From positions 1 through 26,968 of the forward strand of contig JAYUXQ010000575.1 of the NCBI GenBank assembly GCA_043752905.1: 26,968 bases of DNA, given 5' to 3'. The position numbers were made by a program, and so were the translations under genes. The DNA is from Nannocystis sp. (lineage in GTDB: Bacteria; Myxococcota_A; Polyangia; Nannocystales; Nannocystaceae). The notes under the pieces are model-generated. The model was given only the letters and a program-made list of their open reading frames with translations. It was not told the DNA's origin and ran no database searches. This document shows positions 1 through 7,768 of this stretch, one piece after another. How positions within the stretch are numbered: position 1 is the stretch's first letter; every line of letters starts with the position of its first letter.

Positions 1-1014
1 GGCGGGCGCGGGCCAAGGGGCCGCGGCCGGCAGGGCGGGCATCGTGACGCTGGCCGGCGCCAGCGCAGGGGTCTGGCCGGCGATGAAGCGCGGGGCGTCG
101 GGGCGCACGCCGTGCGGGACCTCGACGCGCTCACCGACGGTCACCAGCTCGCCGTAGCGCAGCACGTTGACCCGCGCGAGCAGGTCGGCAAACTCCCAGG
201 TGACCTCCATGTTCTTGGCGGCCGGGAACTCGACCTTGCCGTCCTTGTCGGGGGTCGGGAGGACGCCGGTGAGGGGCCTGGTCGGCGGGCCATAGGTCCT
301 GGTGAGGGCGGCGACGGCGTCGTTGAAGTCGGTCAACGCGGCCACGTGGTCGCGGTGGGTGCGTTGATACGAGGCGTGGCGCAGGGGGTAGGGCGCGTCG
401 TCGAAGATGTAGAGCAGGCGGCCAGTCGACGGCGGGCGCGTGCGGTCGACGAGCTGGTCGCTGGTGGTCTTGGGGCAGCTAAAGCGAAGCTGGGGGTTGG
501 CCTCCCGCTTGCTTCGCTTGTTGACCCACGACGCGGCGGTCACGGCGTCCTCGCCACGGGCCCTGGCGTCCTCGACCTTGGCGCGCTCGCTCTCACGGCG
601 ACGGTCCATCATGGCGCGCACGGAGGTGTCGGCGCAGTGGAGGTCGAGCTGGCGCACGTACGCTTCGACCTCGGGGAACATCGTGGTGCCGAGCGTCGCG
701 CCGAAAGCGACGGCGCTCGGGGCCCGCGGGCCCGCGGGCGGGTCCGCGAATTCGAGGACCCACGGCTTGATCGGCTTGCTGCCGCCGACCAGGCTGGCGA
801 GGCCACGCAGGCCCTTCGCGGCGGCGCTGTCGGCACTGTCGGCACTGGCCGCGGCACTGTAGGCCGCGGCGGGCGTCTCGTCGGGCATCTCGTCGGGCAT
901 CGGGGTCGCGGGCGTCGAGCCGTTGCATGCAGCGAGCGTTGCGAGCGTTGCGAGCGTTGCGAGCGTTGCGAGCGTTGCGAGCGTTGCGAGCGTTGCGAGC
1001 GTTGCGACCGTCAT
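1..1014 (-). CDS. Lipoprotein of unknown function; the C-terminus lies beyond the window start. The signal peptide is M-T-V-(A-T-L)x8-A-A-C with lipobox LAA|C.
   Basis: The minus-strand reading from the ATG at 1014..1012 gives MTVATLATL...LAACNGSTPATPMPDEMPDETPAAAYSAAASADSA, followed by a globular region. Minus-frame third-position GC is near 100%, versus mixed for the + ORF 112..1107, so that + ORF is the antisense shadow. The lipobox sits directly after the repeat-encoded hydrophobic stretch. No stop codon occurs before position 1. Confidence 0.5.
   Translation of the reverse strand, partial: MTVATLATLATLATLATLATLATLATLAACNGSTPATPMPDEMPDETPAAAYSAAASADSADSAAAKGLRGLASLVGGSKPIKPWVLEFADPPAGPRAPSAVAFGATLGTTMFPEVEAYVRQLDLHCADTSVRAMMDRRRESERAKVEDARARGEDAVTAASWVNKRSKREANPQLRFSCPKTTSDQLVDRTRPPSTGRLLYIFDDAPYPLRHASYQRTHRDHVAALTDFNDAVAALTRTYGPPTRPLTGVLPTPDKDGKVEFPAAKNMEVTWEFADLLARVNVLRYGELVTVGERVEVPHGVRPDAPRFIAGQTPALAPASVTMPALPAAAPWPAPA
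937..1008 (-). repeat. Perfect 9-bp tandem repeat (gagcgttgc on +, gcaacgctc on -) x8. It lies in frame inside the signal-peptide coding region of the 1..1014 lipoprotein and encodes (Ala-Thr-Leu)x8.
   Basis: Eight identical 9-mers counted directly in the sequence. A 9-bp unit preserves the reading frame. The array is flanked by the ATG and by the lipobox codons gct-gca-tgc. Confidence 0.9.
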
Positions 1015-1171
1015 GGCGGTGACGAGGGCGCGACGCGAGGCGACCGGGAGGACGCGACTGTGGAAGCGAGGCGAGGAAGGCAGGGCCACGGGGGGAAAGC
1101 TACCTAAAGGAAGGGGGAACGGGAAGCGCCGCCGCCGGCAGGACCGGACGGCGGCGCGCGGGACGGCTCGA

Positions 1172-2200
1172 TCAGCCGCACATCTCGGGATCGACGGTGA
1201 CGATCATCGGGCAAAGCGGCCCGAGAGCGCCCAGGATCGCGTTCTGCTCGGTCATCGGGACCGCGTAGTTGTTGAGCGCGGTGACGAGGTGACCGACGAG
1301 CGCGTCGAAGTCGGCCTTCTCGATGCCGACGCCCATGCTGTCCTTGAGGTCCTTGTGGGAGCTGAGCATGTCCTTGCACTTGTTGTCAGTGGCGACGCCC
1401 GGATCGGCCGGCGCGGGGGCGGTGACCTCCTTGCCGTAGATCTGCGGGCCGGAGGTCGCCATGGTGACCTGACGGACGAGGCAGGTCTTGAGGCGGTCGA
1501 GGTCCGAGCTGGCGAAGAACGTGACGATCGAGGTGTCGCCGGCGACCAGCGCGATGAAGCTCTTGGGGTCGCTCGGGCCGCCGATGACGGCGTTGATGCC
1601 GGGCTTGCGGCCGAGCTTCTGGTAGGTCGTCACGTTGTTCTTGGCGTCCTCGACGATGTCGGGCGCCATGCCGCCGAGCACGCCGAGGACGGCGTCCTTG
1701 TCGGCCTGGGTCAGCGTCGGGGTATTGGCCTGATGGGCGTCCATCGCCTTGCTGAAGTCCTCGGCGAGGTCGCCGAAGTCCGCCATGGAGATGCCCATGC
1801 CGGCGTGCACGGTCTTCATGTCGCCACAGGTGTAGGTGATGCCGGCGCAGCCGGTCGCGTTGCCGACCTGCTCCTCGAGGCAGGTCGTCAGCTTGCCGCC
1901 GTCGACGTCGGTGGTCAGGAAGTACGCGTTGATGCGCTCGTCGATCAGGACGCGACCGACGAAGTCGCCGACGACGGTCTTGATGCCGGCGTAGCCGCCG
2001 AAGTCGGCGCACAGCTGAGCATCCTCGCCGCCGGTGTCGGCACCGGAGGTGGTCGGCGTGGTCGTGGTGGGATTATCGGTCGCGGCGGAGGTCGCGGACG
2101 TGTCGGCGTCGCCGTCACTGTCGCCACCGTTGATGGTGCAGGCGGACAGCGTGCCGAGGGCGCCGACGAGGGCGATATTTTTGAGGTCACGAAGGTTCAT
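1172..2200 (-). CDS. Lipoprotein with two tandem group-I truncated-hemoglobin (2/2 Hb, trHbN-like) domains.
   Basis: The N-terminus MNLRDLKNIALVGALGTLSAC carries the lipobox LSA|C, followed by a Thr/Pro/Asp-rich linker. Domain 1 (...FGGYAGIKTVVGDFVGRVLIDERINAYF...MKTVHAGMGISMADFGDLAEDFSKAMD...LGVLGGMAPDIV) aligns with Mycobacterium trHbN (IGG..AIEVVVEDFYVRVL...[26 protein letters not shown]...ILGVIAPLAVDV) and keeps the proximal His. Domain 2 repeats the pattern (SMGVGIEKADFDALVGHLVTAL...ILGALGPLCPMIV) but has Ser at the proximal-His position. An AGGAGA ribosome-binding site lies 6 nt upstream of the ATG. GC3 is high on the minus strand. Confidence 0.6.
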   Translation of the reverse strand: MNLRDLKNIALVGALGTLSACTINGGDSDGDADTSATSAATDNPTTTTPTTSGADTGGEDAQLCADFGGYAGIKTVVGDFVGRVLIDERINAYFLTTDVDGGKLTTCLEEQVGNATGCAGITYTCGDMKTVHAGMGISMADFGDLAEDFSKAMDAHQANTPTLTQADKDAVLGVLGGMAPDIVEDAKNNVTTYQKLGRKPGINAVIGGPSDPKSFIALVAGDTSIVTFFASSDLDRLKTCLVRQVTMATSGPQIYGKEVTAPAPADPGVATDNKCKDMLSSHKDLKDSMGVGIEKADFDALVGHLVTALNNYAVPMTEQNAILGALGPLCPMIVTVDPEMCG

Positions 2201-2680
2201 GAGTATTCAACTTCTCCTGGTTATCAGGCCCAGGGGGCCTGCGAGGTCCGTGACGACCCGGCCCCGGAAGCGGGACAGGGGCGGCATTGCTTGGGCCGGG
2301 TTCTACGCGCAGCTCGAGTCGAGGAGCAGAGTGCGAGGGCCGAAGTGTGGCACGGGTTTGCAGGCGGTTGCACGAGCCGTGTGTCACAAATTCGTGATCG
2401 CGGTGATGAACATGCTCGACGTGATCGACGCGTCCGGTATGCAACGCAGCGACGCGATGACCGGAACCGATCGACGAGCGCTCTCGTGCGCCCCCGCGGA
2501 GCCACCACGGTCCGCGTACAACGGCCGTGTGCAAGCGGATGCACGGCGTGTCTCGCGGAGGCTTCGTGGTCACGATGGTCATCGGCGTGTGCGGAAGCTG
2601 CGGTACGCACCAGGATCGGCGACGGATCGACCGCTGCCTGCGATCGACCGTGTGTAGTCGGGATGGCCGTGGCGGGCGTC

Positions 2681-3184
2681 TCAGCTGCGGCCCAGCATGA
2701 TCCGCGCGCCGGCTATGATCTGCTTGAGCTCGGGATCGGTGACAGCGTCGAGCGCCTCGCGGGTCGCGGCATCGGGCTCCGCGGACAGGCGCGGGGGGGG
2801 CAAAGGAGCCGGTCTCGGGGTCTCCGGGAGCACGCGGCCGGCGACCGGCGGGACGTCACCCAGGCGGAGCTTGAGGGTTCGCAAGCGGGACAGGGGTGCG
2901 AGCGTGGCGAGCTTGCGCAGCAGGTCCTGGCGCATGTACGTCAGTTCGTGTAGCCACTGGCTGTCATGCACGTGCACGACCAGGGTGTCGCCCGCGATGG
3001 CCGCCGGCCAGGTGTGGGCCTCGAGCCCTGCACCGGCGATGCGCGGCCAGACCAGGCGGACCTGCATGAGCCGGATCGTTTCGTCGCCGATGTGGCGACG
3101 CACGAGATCCCACAGCGTCGCGGCGAGCGGCGAGGGATCCGGGACGCGGGCGCGGGCGCGGGCCATGTCCGGCGAATCTGCCAC
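2681..3184 (-). CDS. DciA/DUF721-like protein with a Pro-rich C-terminal extension.
   Basis: The motif W-P-R-I-A-G-...-HTWPAAIAGDTLVVHVHDSQWLHELTYMRQDLLRKL matches the DUF721 core (W..G..l..hT.P..i..g.L.V.V.s.W..EL......l..kL). The minus-strand ORF has natural composition. The + ORF 2697..3473 is a Ser/Arg-rich shadow. Confidence 0.45.
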   Translation of the reverse strand: MADSPDMARARARVPDPSPLAATLWDLVRRHIGDETIRLMQVRLVWPRIAGAGLEAHTWPAAIAGDTLVVHVHDSQWLHELTYMRQDLLRKLATLAPLSRLRTLKLRLGDVPPVAGRVLPETPRPAPLPPPRLSAEPDAATREALDAVTDPELKQIIAGARIMLGRS

Positions 3185-3630
3185 ATCCTGGCCACGCTCG
3201 CGCTGGCGAGCCCGGGGGCCTGCACGAGCCAGGTGGGGTGGCAGCGGGACGCTCGGCGGGCGTGCACGCCAGCGGACCCGCCACGCGTGTGCCTGCTCGC
3301 CGGGCCTGACGCGCAGCAGGTGGTCCGCGTCGGCGGCGCGACGCTCGTGCCCGGCGAATGCGCCAGGGGACCCGATGCGCGGGGCGGACGGGTCGAGGTC
3401 GAGGTCCGCGACGGACGTAGCGGTCGGGACAGCGTGCGCAGGGTCCGCGTGCGGCCGGGGCAGACGGCGATGATCTCCGCGGTCGACGGGGACGTCGTCA
3501 TGCAGGAGCGGCGCAGCTGCGCGCGCGAAGGCGCGTGAGCTGCACGCGTAGCTGCCTGTACGAGGGGACAGGTCCGATCGGACAGGGCCCCGGGGGCATG
3601 TGCGAACGGTCAGGTCGGGTCCGACGATCG

Positions 3631-3755
3631 CGGGTCGATCACGGCGGGTGGATCATTGCGGGTGGATCATCGCGGGTGGTTCATCGCGGGTGGTTCATCG
3701 CGGGTGGATCATCGCGGGTGGTTCATTGCGGGTGGTTCATTGCGGGTGGTCATCG
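3631..3755. repeat. Tandem array of about 9 copies of a 14-bp unit (cgggtggWtcatYg). It begins at the stop codon of the 3750..5249 gene and extends into that gene's 3' flank.
   Basis: Units at 3645, 3659, 3673, 3687, 3701, 3715, 3729 and 3743, with a 13-nt last copy and a degenerate copy at 3631. The TGA stop of the minus gene (tca at 3750..3752 on +) lies inside the last unit. Period 14 is not a multiple of 3, and the + ORFs 3600..3914 and 3656..3841 simply translate the repeat. Confidence 0.9.
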
Positions 3756-5249
3756 CGGCAGCAGGCGGGCGTCGCGGGCCGCGAGGGCGAAGGCGCGGCG
3801 GATGGCGTCGTCGCCGATCGGCGGGCGCCCGGTGGCGGTGACCCGCAGGCGCAGGGTTGCGAGACTCTCGTCGTCGACGCGGGCCAGCAGGTCCTGCAAG
3901 AGACCGACGCGTAGGGCCTGGCCCTGGCCGGGGTCGGCGCCAGCGAGCTCGCGACGCAGGAGGGTCCGCGCGGCGTCGGGGCGGTCGCGTAGCAGCAGCG
4001 CGGCGCGGGCGAGCGCGTGCTTGCGGGTCAGGCCCTCGTGGGCGACGGCGGTGGCGAGCCAGCCGGCGGCCAGGGTGGCGACGGCCTGGTCTTCAGGCCA
4101 GGTCAGGGGGACCCGCGGGGGCAGGCTGCGGGCGCCCTGTTCGGGCGGTGGAGGCGTGAGCGCGCGGGTCTCGTCGACGCGGCGCTCGAGCAGTGCGGCG
4201 TACTCGAGCAGGTCGCCGTCGGCGAGGCGGGCCCGGAGGAGCTCGGCGACCGGGGCGACGCCGAAGCCGCCGGGCTGCTCGCCGGCGAGAAACAGGGCGC
4301 GTTGAAAGGTGAGCTCGACGAAGCGGTGCTCGAGCAGGCGGTCGAATTCGTGGAGGAGGGGCAGGAGGTCGGCGGGGGTCCCGGTCGCGCCGGCGCGGGC
4401 GAGGCGTTCGGCGACGCCGCTGCCTTGCAGGTGCCTGCGGGTGCGCTGGTGTTCGACGGCGAGCAAGGCGTCGTCGGCGAGGTGAGGGCTGCGCTCGAGG
4501 GCGATGACGGTGCGCAGGAGCTGGGCCTCGGTGCTGGCGAACAGGCCCTCGAGTCCGGTGACGCGGCGTTGCCAGTACATGCGACACAGCTCGCGACCGA
4601 AGTGCAGGAAGCGACCGGCGAGCACGCGCGCGAACGGGGGGAGTGGTTCCTGGCCGGGCGTGGTCGCGAGGCCGAGCTGGAGCAGGGCCTCGTGGTGCAC
4701 GCGCGCGAGGTAGGCGGCCGCACGGGTGCGCTGGTCCTGCGAGACGCCGCTGGCGGTCAGCTGCACGATCGCCAGCTGCACGCTGGCGAGCACGGCGTCG
4801 GTGACCGGGCTGACGGTGGCGGTGACCGGGTCGGGGAGCTCGGGCGGGGCGGGGGACTGCGCGCGCTCGATCGCCACGAGGCGCGCGAGGCCGGCGAGAT
4901 CGGGGAGATCGGGGGAGGCGGCGAGGCGCGGGAGCAGGGCCGCGGCTGCGGCCGGGGAGTCGGCCATCAGCAGGGCGTGGCGCAGCACGGCCGGGCTGGC
5001 GGCGGTCTCGGGGCACAGCTCGAGCAGGACCGCGGCGTCCGGCGGGTGCACGGCGGCGGCGGTGGCGAGTTGATCGCAGGTCTCGATCACGGACGGCGAG
5101 GCGGCGGTGGTCGGCGCCGCGGCGGGCTCGGGCGCGGCGGCCTGATGTTTGGCGAGCGGCTCGGGCAGGCCGGTCGGATCGGGCTCGCCGCCGCAGCCGT
5201 GCAGGCAGGCGAGGGCGAGGGCGAGGCGAGGGAGGCGGTGCATGGGCAT
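3750..5249 (-). CDS. Secreted protein, probably a lipoprotein, of unknown function; Ala/Leu-rich and helical in character.
   Basis: From the ATG at 5249 the protein reads MPMHRLPRLALALACLHGCGG, a signal peptide with a lipobox-like LHG|C (alternatively ALA|C). The track's GTG at 5261 is followed by a rare ATA codon. Composition is natural on the minus strand, and the + ORF 4017..5519 is a Gly/Glu/Ala shadow. The last sense codon lies 11 nt upstream of the PilZ gene stop, so the two may be co-transcribed. Confidence 0.55.
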   Translation of the reverse strand: MPMHRLPRLALALACLHGCGGEPDPTGLPEPLAKHQAAAPEPAAAPTTAASPSVIETCDQLATAAAVHPPDAAVLLELCPETAASPAVLRHALLMADSPAAAAALLPRLAASPDLPDLAGLARLVAIERAQSPAPPELPDPVTATVSPVTDAVLASVQLAIVQLTASGVSQDQRTRAAAYLARVHHEALLQLGLATTPGQEPLPPFARVLAGRFLHFGRELCRMYWQRRVTGLEGLFASTEAQLLRTVIALERSPHLADDALLAVEHQRTRRHLQGSGVAERLARAGATGTPADLLPLLHEFDRLLEHRFVELTFQRALFLAGEQPGGFGVAPVAELLRARLADGDLLEYAALLERRVDETRALTPPPPEQGARSLPPRVPLTWPEDQAVATLAAGWLATAVAHEGLTRKHALARAALLLRDRPDAARTLLRRELAGADPGQGQALRVGLLQDLLARVDDESLATLRLRVTATGRPPIGDDAIRRAFALAARDARLLPR

Positions 5250-5257
5250 ACCGAGTA

Positions 5258-6022
5258 TCACTCGTCGACGAGCCGACGGATGAGCTCACGCAGGCGGGTG
5301 ACGCCGCCGATGTCACGGGCGATGAACTCGAGGCCGACGCCGTCGATGTGGTCGGTGTTGCGGACCATCCCCTGGACCTGCAGCGGGCGGCTGCTGCCGG
5401 GCGAGGTGATCTCGACGATGACCTCCTCGCCGACGGCGAGGCGGGTCGGGGTGAGCAGGAGGGCGCCGACCTCGGAGATCTCGGTGACGGTGGCGGGCCC
5501 GAACTCCGACTCACCCTGACGACGCCAGCAGATCTCGACGAGCACGGGCTGACGGGTGTAGCGGCGGCGCTGCTCGAAGGTGGCGAGGCCGACGGCGACG
5601 TTGCGCAGGAAGGCGAGCTTGCGCCACTCACTGCCGACGCAGCGCAGGACCCCGCCGGCGCGCACGCGCAGGCGCGGCCGGGCATGATGCCACTTCCTGC
5701 CGATCGCCCGGACCATCAGCTTGCCGTCGAGGCCGGGAAAGTATACCTCGCACAGCAGCTCCTCGCCCGGGTGGAAGCGCTCGTTGGTGTAGACCTGCAG
5801 GCCCTGCTCCGCGGTGGGCTGCAGGGCGGCGACGAAGGCCGCCCCGGACGGGTAGTGACAGTGGATTCGTCGCAACGCTCGCGCGCCAGGGTACCAGCTG
5901 AGGGCTCGCGCTCGCAAGCGCAGCGGGGCCTCGACGGGCCCCGGAGGCGCCCCGGAGAGGTCCGCGAGTCCCCACCAAACCCCGGGAGACGCCGAGTCGC
6001 ACGCGGGTCCGAACGCGCGCAC
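5258..6022 (-). CDS. PilZ-domain protein, a c-di-GMP-binding family. The start is uncertain; GTG at 6022 is chosen, and the TTG codons at 5917 and 5875 are alternatives.
   Basis: The C-terminal domain carries the PilZ RxxxR motif (EQRRRYTRQ) and a (D/N)xSxGG-like TEISEVGA motif, followed by beta-strand-like segments. An upstream region (RIHCHYPSG...LCEVYFPGLDGKLMVRAIGRKW) resembles a second, degenerate PilZ/YcgR-N-like domain. The N-terminal 120 residues of the track ORF (start 6388) are low-complexity and overlap the divergent GT2 gene, so I treat them as non-coding. Confidence 0.5.
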   Translation of the reverse strand: MRAFGPACDSASPGVWWGLADLSGAPPGPVEAPLRLRARALSWYPGARALRRIHCHYPSGAAFVAALQPTAEQGLQVYTNERFHPGEELLCEVYFPGLDGKLMVRAIGRKWHHARPRLRVRAGGVLRCVGSEWRKLAFLRNVAVGLATFEQRRRYTRQPVLVEICWRRQGESEFGPATVTEISEVGALLLTPTRLAVGEEVIVEITSPGSSRPLQVQGMVRNTDHIDGVGLEFIARDIGGVTRLRELIRRLVDE

Positions 6023-6038
6023 TTGCGACGCGGCGAGG

Positions 6039-6830
6039 GTGCTGCCAAGGTTTCGCCGCGTGTCCGCGACGAGCCATGAGCGAGGGAGTGACGGGGCCGC
6101 GAGCGGGCGAGATCCCCGTCCGCTGGTCCTGATCCCGACATACAACGAACGGGAGAACGTCGCGGCGATCGTCGCGGCGACGCTCGTTGCGCTGCCGACG
6201 GCGCGCGTGCTGGTGATCGACGACGCGAGCCCGGACGGCACGGGCGCGCTGGCGGACGGGCTGGCGCACGCGGACATGCGGGTGTCGGTGCTGCACCGCG
6301 CGGGCAAGCAGGGGCTCGGGCGCGCGTACGTCGACGGGTTTCGCCAGGGACTCGCGGCCTCGCCGGCGCCGACGCACTTCATCAGCATGGACGCCGACTT
6401 CTCGCACGACCCGGGCTATCTCGTCGGTCTGGTCGAGGCGTGTCACGCGGGGCCGGGTGGGGCCGACGTGGTGATCGGTTCGCGCTACGTGCGTGGTGGG
6501 GGCACGCGCGACTGGTCGTTCGCTCGCCGCATGATCTCGCGGGGGGGGGGGCTGTACGCGCGGGCGGTGCTCGGGCTGCCGGTCTGCGATCCGACGGCGG
6601 GCTTCGTCTGCTACGCGCGCCACGTGATCGCCGACCTCGACCTCGCGGCGGTGTCCGCCAGCGGCTACGCGTTCCAGATCGAGATGAAGCACCGCGCGCA
6701 CCGCCGCGGCTTCGTGCTGCGCGAGCGGCCGATCGTGTTCCCCGACCGCACGCGCGGCGCCTCCAAGATGACCCCGGCGATCGCCGCCGAGGCCGTGACC
6801 CTGGTGTGGCGCCTGCGCAAGATCGTCTGA
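6039..6830 (+). CDS. GT2-family polyprenol-phosphate mannosyltransferase (Dpm1/Ppm1-like). GTG start.
   Basis: Hallmark motifs LVLIPTYNERENV, VIDDASPDGT, GKQGLGRAYVDGF, ISMDADFSHDP, DVVIGSRYV, GFVCY, GYAFQIEM and TRGASKM. High GC3. Confidence 0.75.
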   Translation: MLPRFRRVSATSHERGSDGAASGRDPRPLVLIPTYNERENVAAIVAATLVALPTARVLVIDDASPDGTGALADGLAHADMRVSVLHRAGKQGLGRAYVDGFRQGLAASPAPTHFISMDADFSHDPGYLVGLVEACHAGPGGADVVIGSRYVRGGGTRDWSFARRMISRGGGLYARAVLGLPVCDPTAGFVCYARHVIADLDLAAVSASGYAFQIEMKHRAHRRGFVLRERPIVFPDRTRGASKMTPAIAAEAVTLVWRLRKIV

Positions 6831-6858
6831 GTAAATCGTCGAACCAGGAGCAGCGAGC

Positions 6859-7749
6859 TTGCCGACCAAAGTCTATCTGTCCACCGCCGGCCGTCCCCTC
6901 GATCCCGGGGAGGCGACCGTCAGCGTGTTCGACCGCGGGTTCCTGTACGGCGACAGCGTCTACGAGACGATGCGCACCGCCGGCGGTCACGCGGTCGAGA
7001 TGACGCGCCACCTCGCTCGCCTGCGCCGCAGCGGCATCGGCATCGGCCTCGAGATCCCGTTCGCGGACGCGCAGCTGCGCGCCGCGGTCGCCGAGACGCA
7101 CGCGGCGAGCGGGAACCCCGACAGCTACGTCCGGGTGATCGTGACGCGCGGCGCGGGGCCGCTGCAGCTCGATCCGCGGGTGGTCGCCTCGCCGTTGCTG
7201 GTCGTGCTGGTCCAGGAGTTGAAGCTGCCGGCGCCGGCGCTGTACGAGACGGGGCTGTCGGTGCGCGTCGTCGATATCCACAAGACCAGCGCGCGCTCGC
7301 TCGACCCGACGCTCAAGACCGGCAATTATCTCAACAGCATCCAGGCGCTGCGCCAGGCGGCCGAGAGCGCGGCCGAGGATGCCATCATGTGCAACGCCGC
7401 CGGGCACGTCGCCGAGGGGGCCACGAGCAACGTGTTCATGGTCAAGGACGGCCGGGTGGTGACGCCGTCGCTGGCGACCGGGTTGCTCGAGGGCATCACG
7501 CGCGCGCTGGTGATGCGCCTCGCCGGGGACCTGGGGGTCGCGTGCGGGGAAGGGATCGTGTGGCCCGACGAGCTGCGCGCGGCCGACGAGCTGTTCCTGA
7601 CTTCATCGGTGCGCGGGTTGATGCCGGTGACGACGCTCGACGGCGAGGCGCTGGGGGCAGGGCCGGGGCCGGTCACGCGGCGGCTGATGGCGCGGTATCA
7701 GGAATACATCGACGCGGTCGCGGCCGGTGGCCCCGAGCTGCTCGTCTGA
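6859..7749 (+). CDS. Class IV PLP-dependent aminotransferase (D-amino-acid aminotransferase, aminodeoxychorismate lyase or branched-chain aminotransferase family). TTG start.
   Basis: Motifs VSVFDRGFLYGDSVYETMR, VTRGAG, KTGNYLNS, EGATSNVFMVKDGRVVTPSL and LEGITR. An AGGAG ribosome-binding site lies 8 nt upstream of the TTG at 6859. Confidence 0.8.
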   Translation: MPTKVYLSTAGRPLDPGEATVSVFDRGFLYGDSVYETMRTAGGHAVEMTRHLARLRRSGIGIGLEIPFADAQLRAAVAETHAASGNPDSYVRVIVTRGAGPLQLDPRVVASPLLVVLVQELKLPAPALYETGLSVRVVDIHKTSARSLDPTLKTGNYLNSIQALRQAAESAAEDAIMCNAAGHVAEGATSNVFMVKDGRVVTPSLATGLLEGITRALVMRLAGDLGVACGEGIVWPDELRAADELFLTSSVRGLMPVTTLDGEALGAGPGPVTRRLMARYQEYIDAVAAGGPELLV

Positions 7750-7768
7750 TCGGAGGGCCTGTCGTGGG

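Noticed and set aside
112-1107. + ORF with a CERCERCER peptide repeat
   Set aside because: It is the exact codon-phase antisense of the minus-strand lipoprotein gene. Its GC3 is mixed, whereas the minus frame is about 100% GC3 and yields a signal peptide with a lipobox.
2347-2362. Sigma-54-like element TGGCACGGGTTTGCA on the + strand
   Set aside because: The GG-to-GC spacing is 9 nt rather than the required 10, and no + strand gene lies downstream, because the region is the upstream flank of a minus-strand gene.
923-2953. 676-aa + ORF overlapping the di-globin lipoprotein gene
   Set aside because: Gly/Ala/Val/Asp-rich shadow of the minus-strand gene, which has a clear signal peptide, a ribosome-binding site and globin homology.
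3631-3755. Possible CRISPR array
   Set aside because: The repeats are directly adjacent with no spacers, the unit is only 14 bp, and no cas genes are present. It is a minisatellite-type tandem repeat.
3535-4305. + ORFs (3535..4305, 3600..3914, 3656..3841) giving GWIIAGGSSRVVH peptide repeats
   Set aside because: They merely translate the 14-bp DNA tandem array. Because the period is not a multiple of 3, the reading frame cycles, and there is no coding signature.
4017-5685. Long + (500 aa) and - (530 aa) alternative ORFs over the 3750..5249 gene
   Set aside because: Gly/Glu-rich and Arg/Pro/Ser-rich shadows respectively. The chosen frame has a signal peptide and balanced composition.
6040-6388. 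The track's longer start (6388) for the PilZ gene
   Set aside because: The extra 120 codons are low-complexity Ser/Ala/Pro and would overlap the well-supported divergent GT2 gene by about 350 bp. A downstream GTG or TTG start is more plausible.
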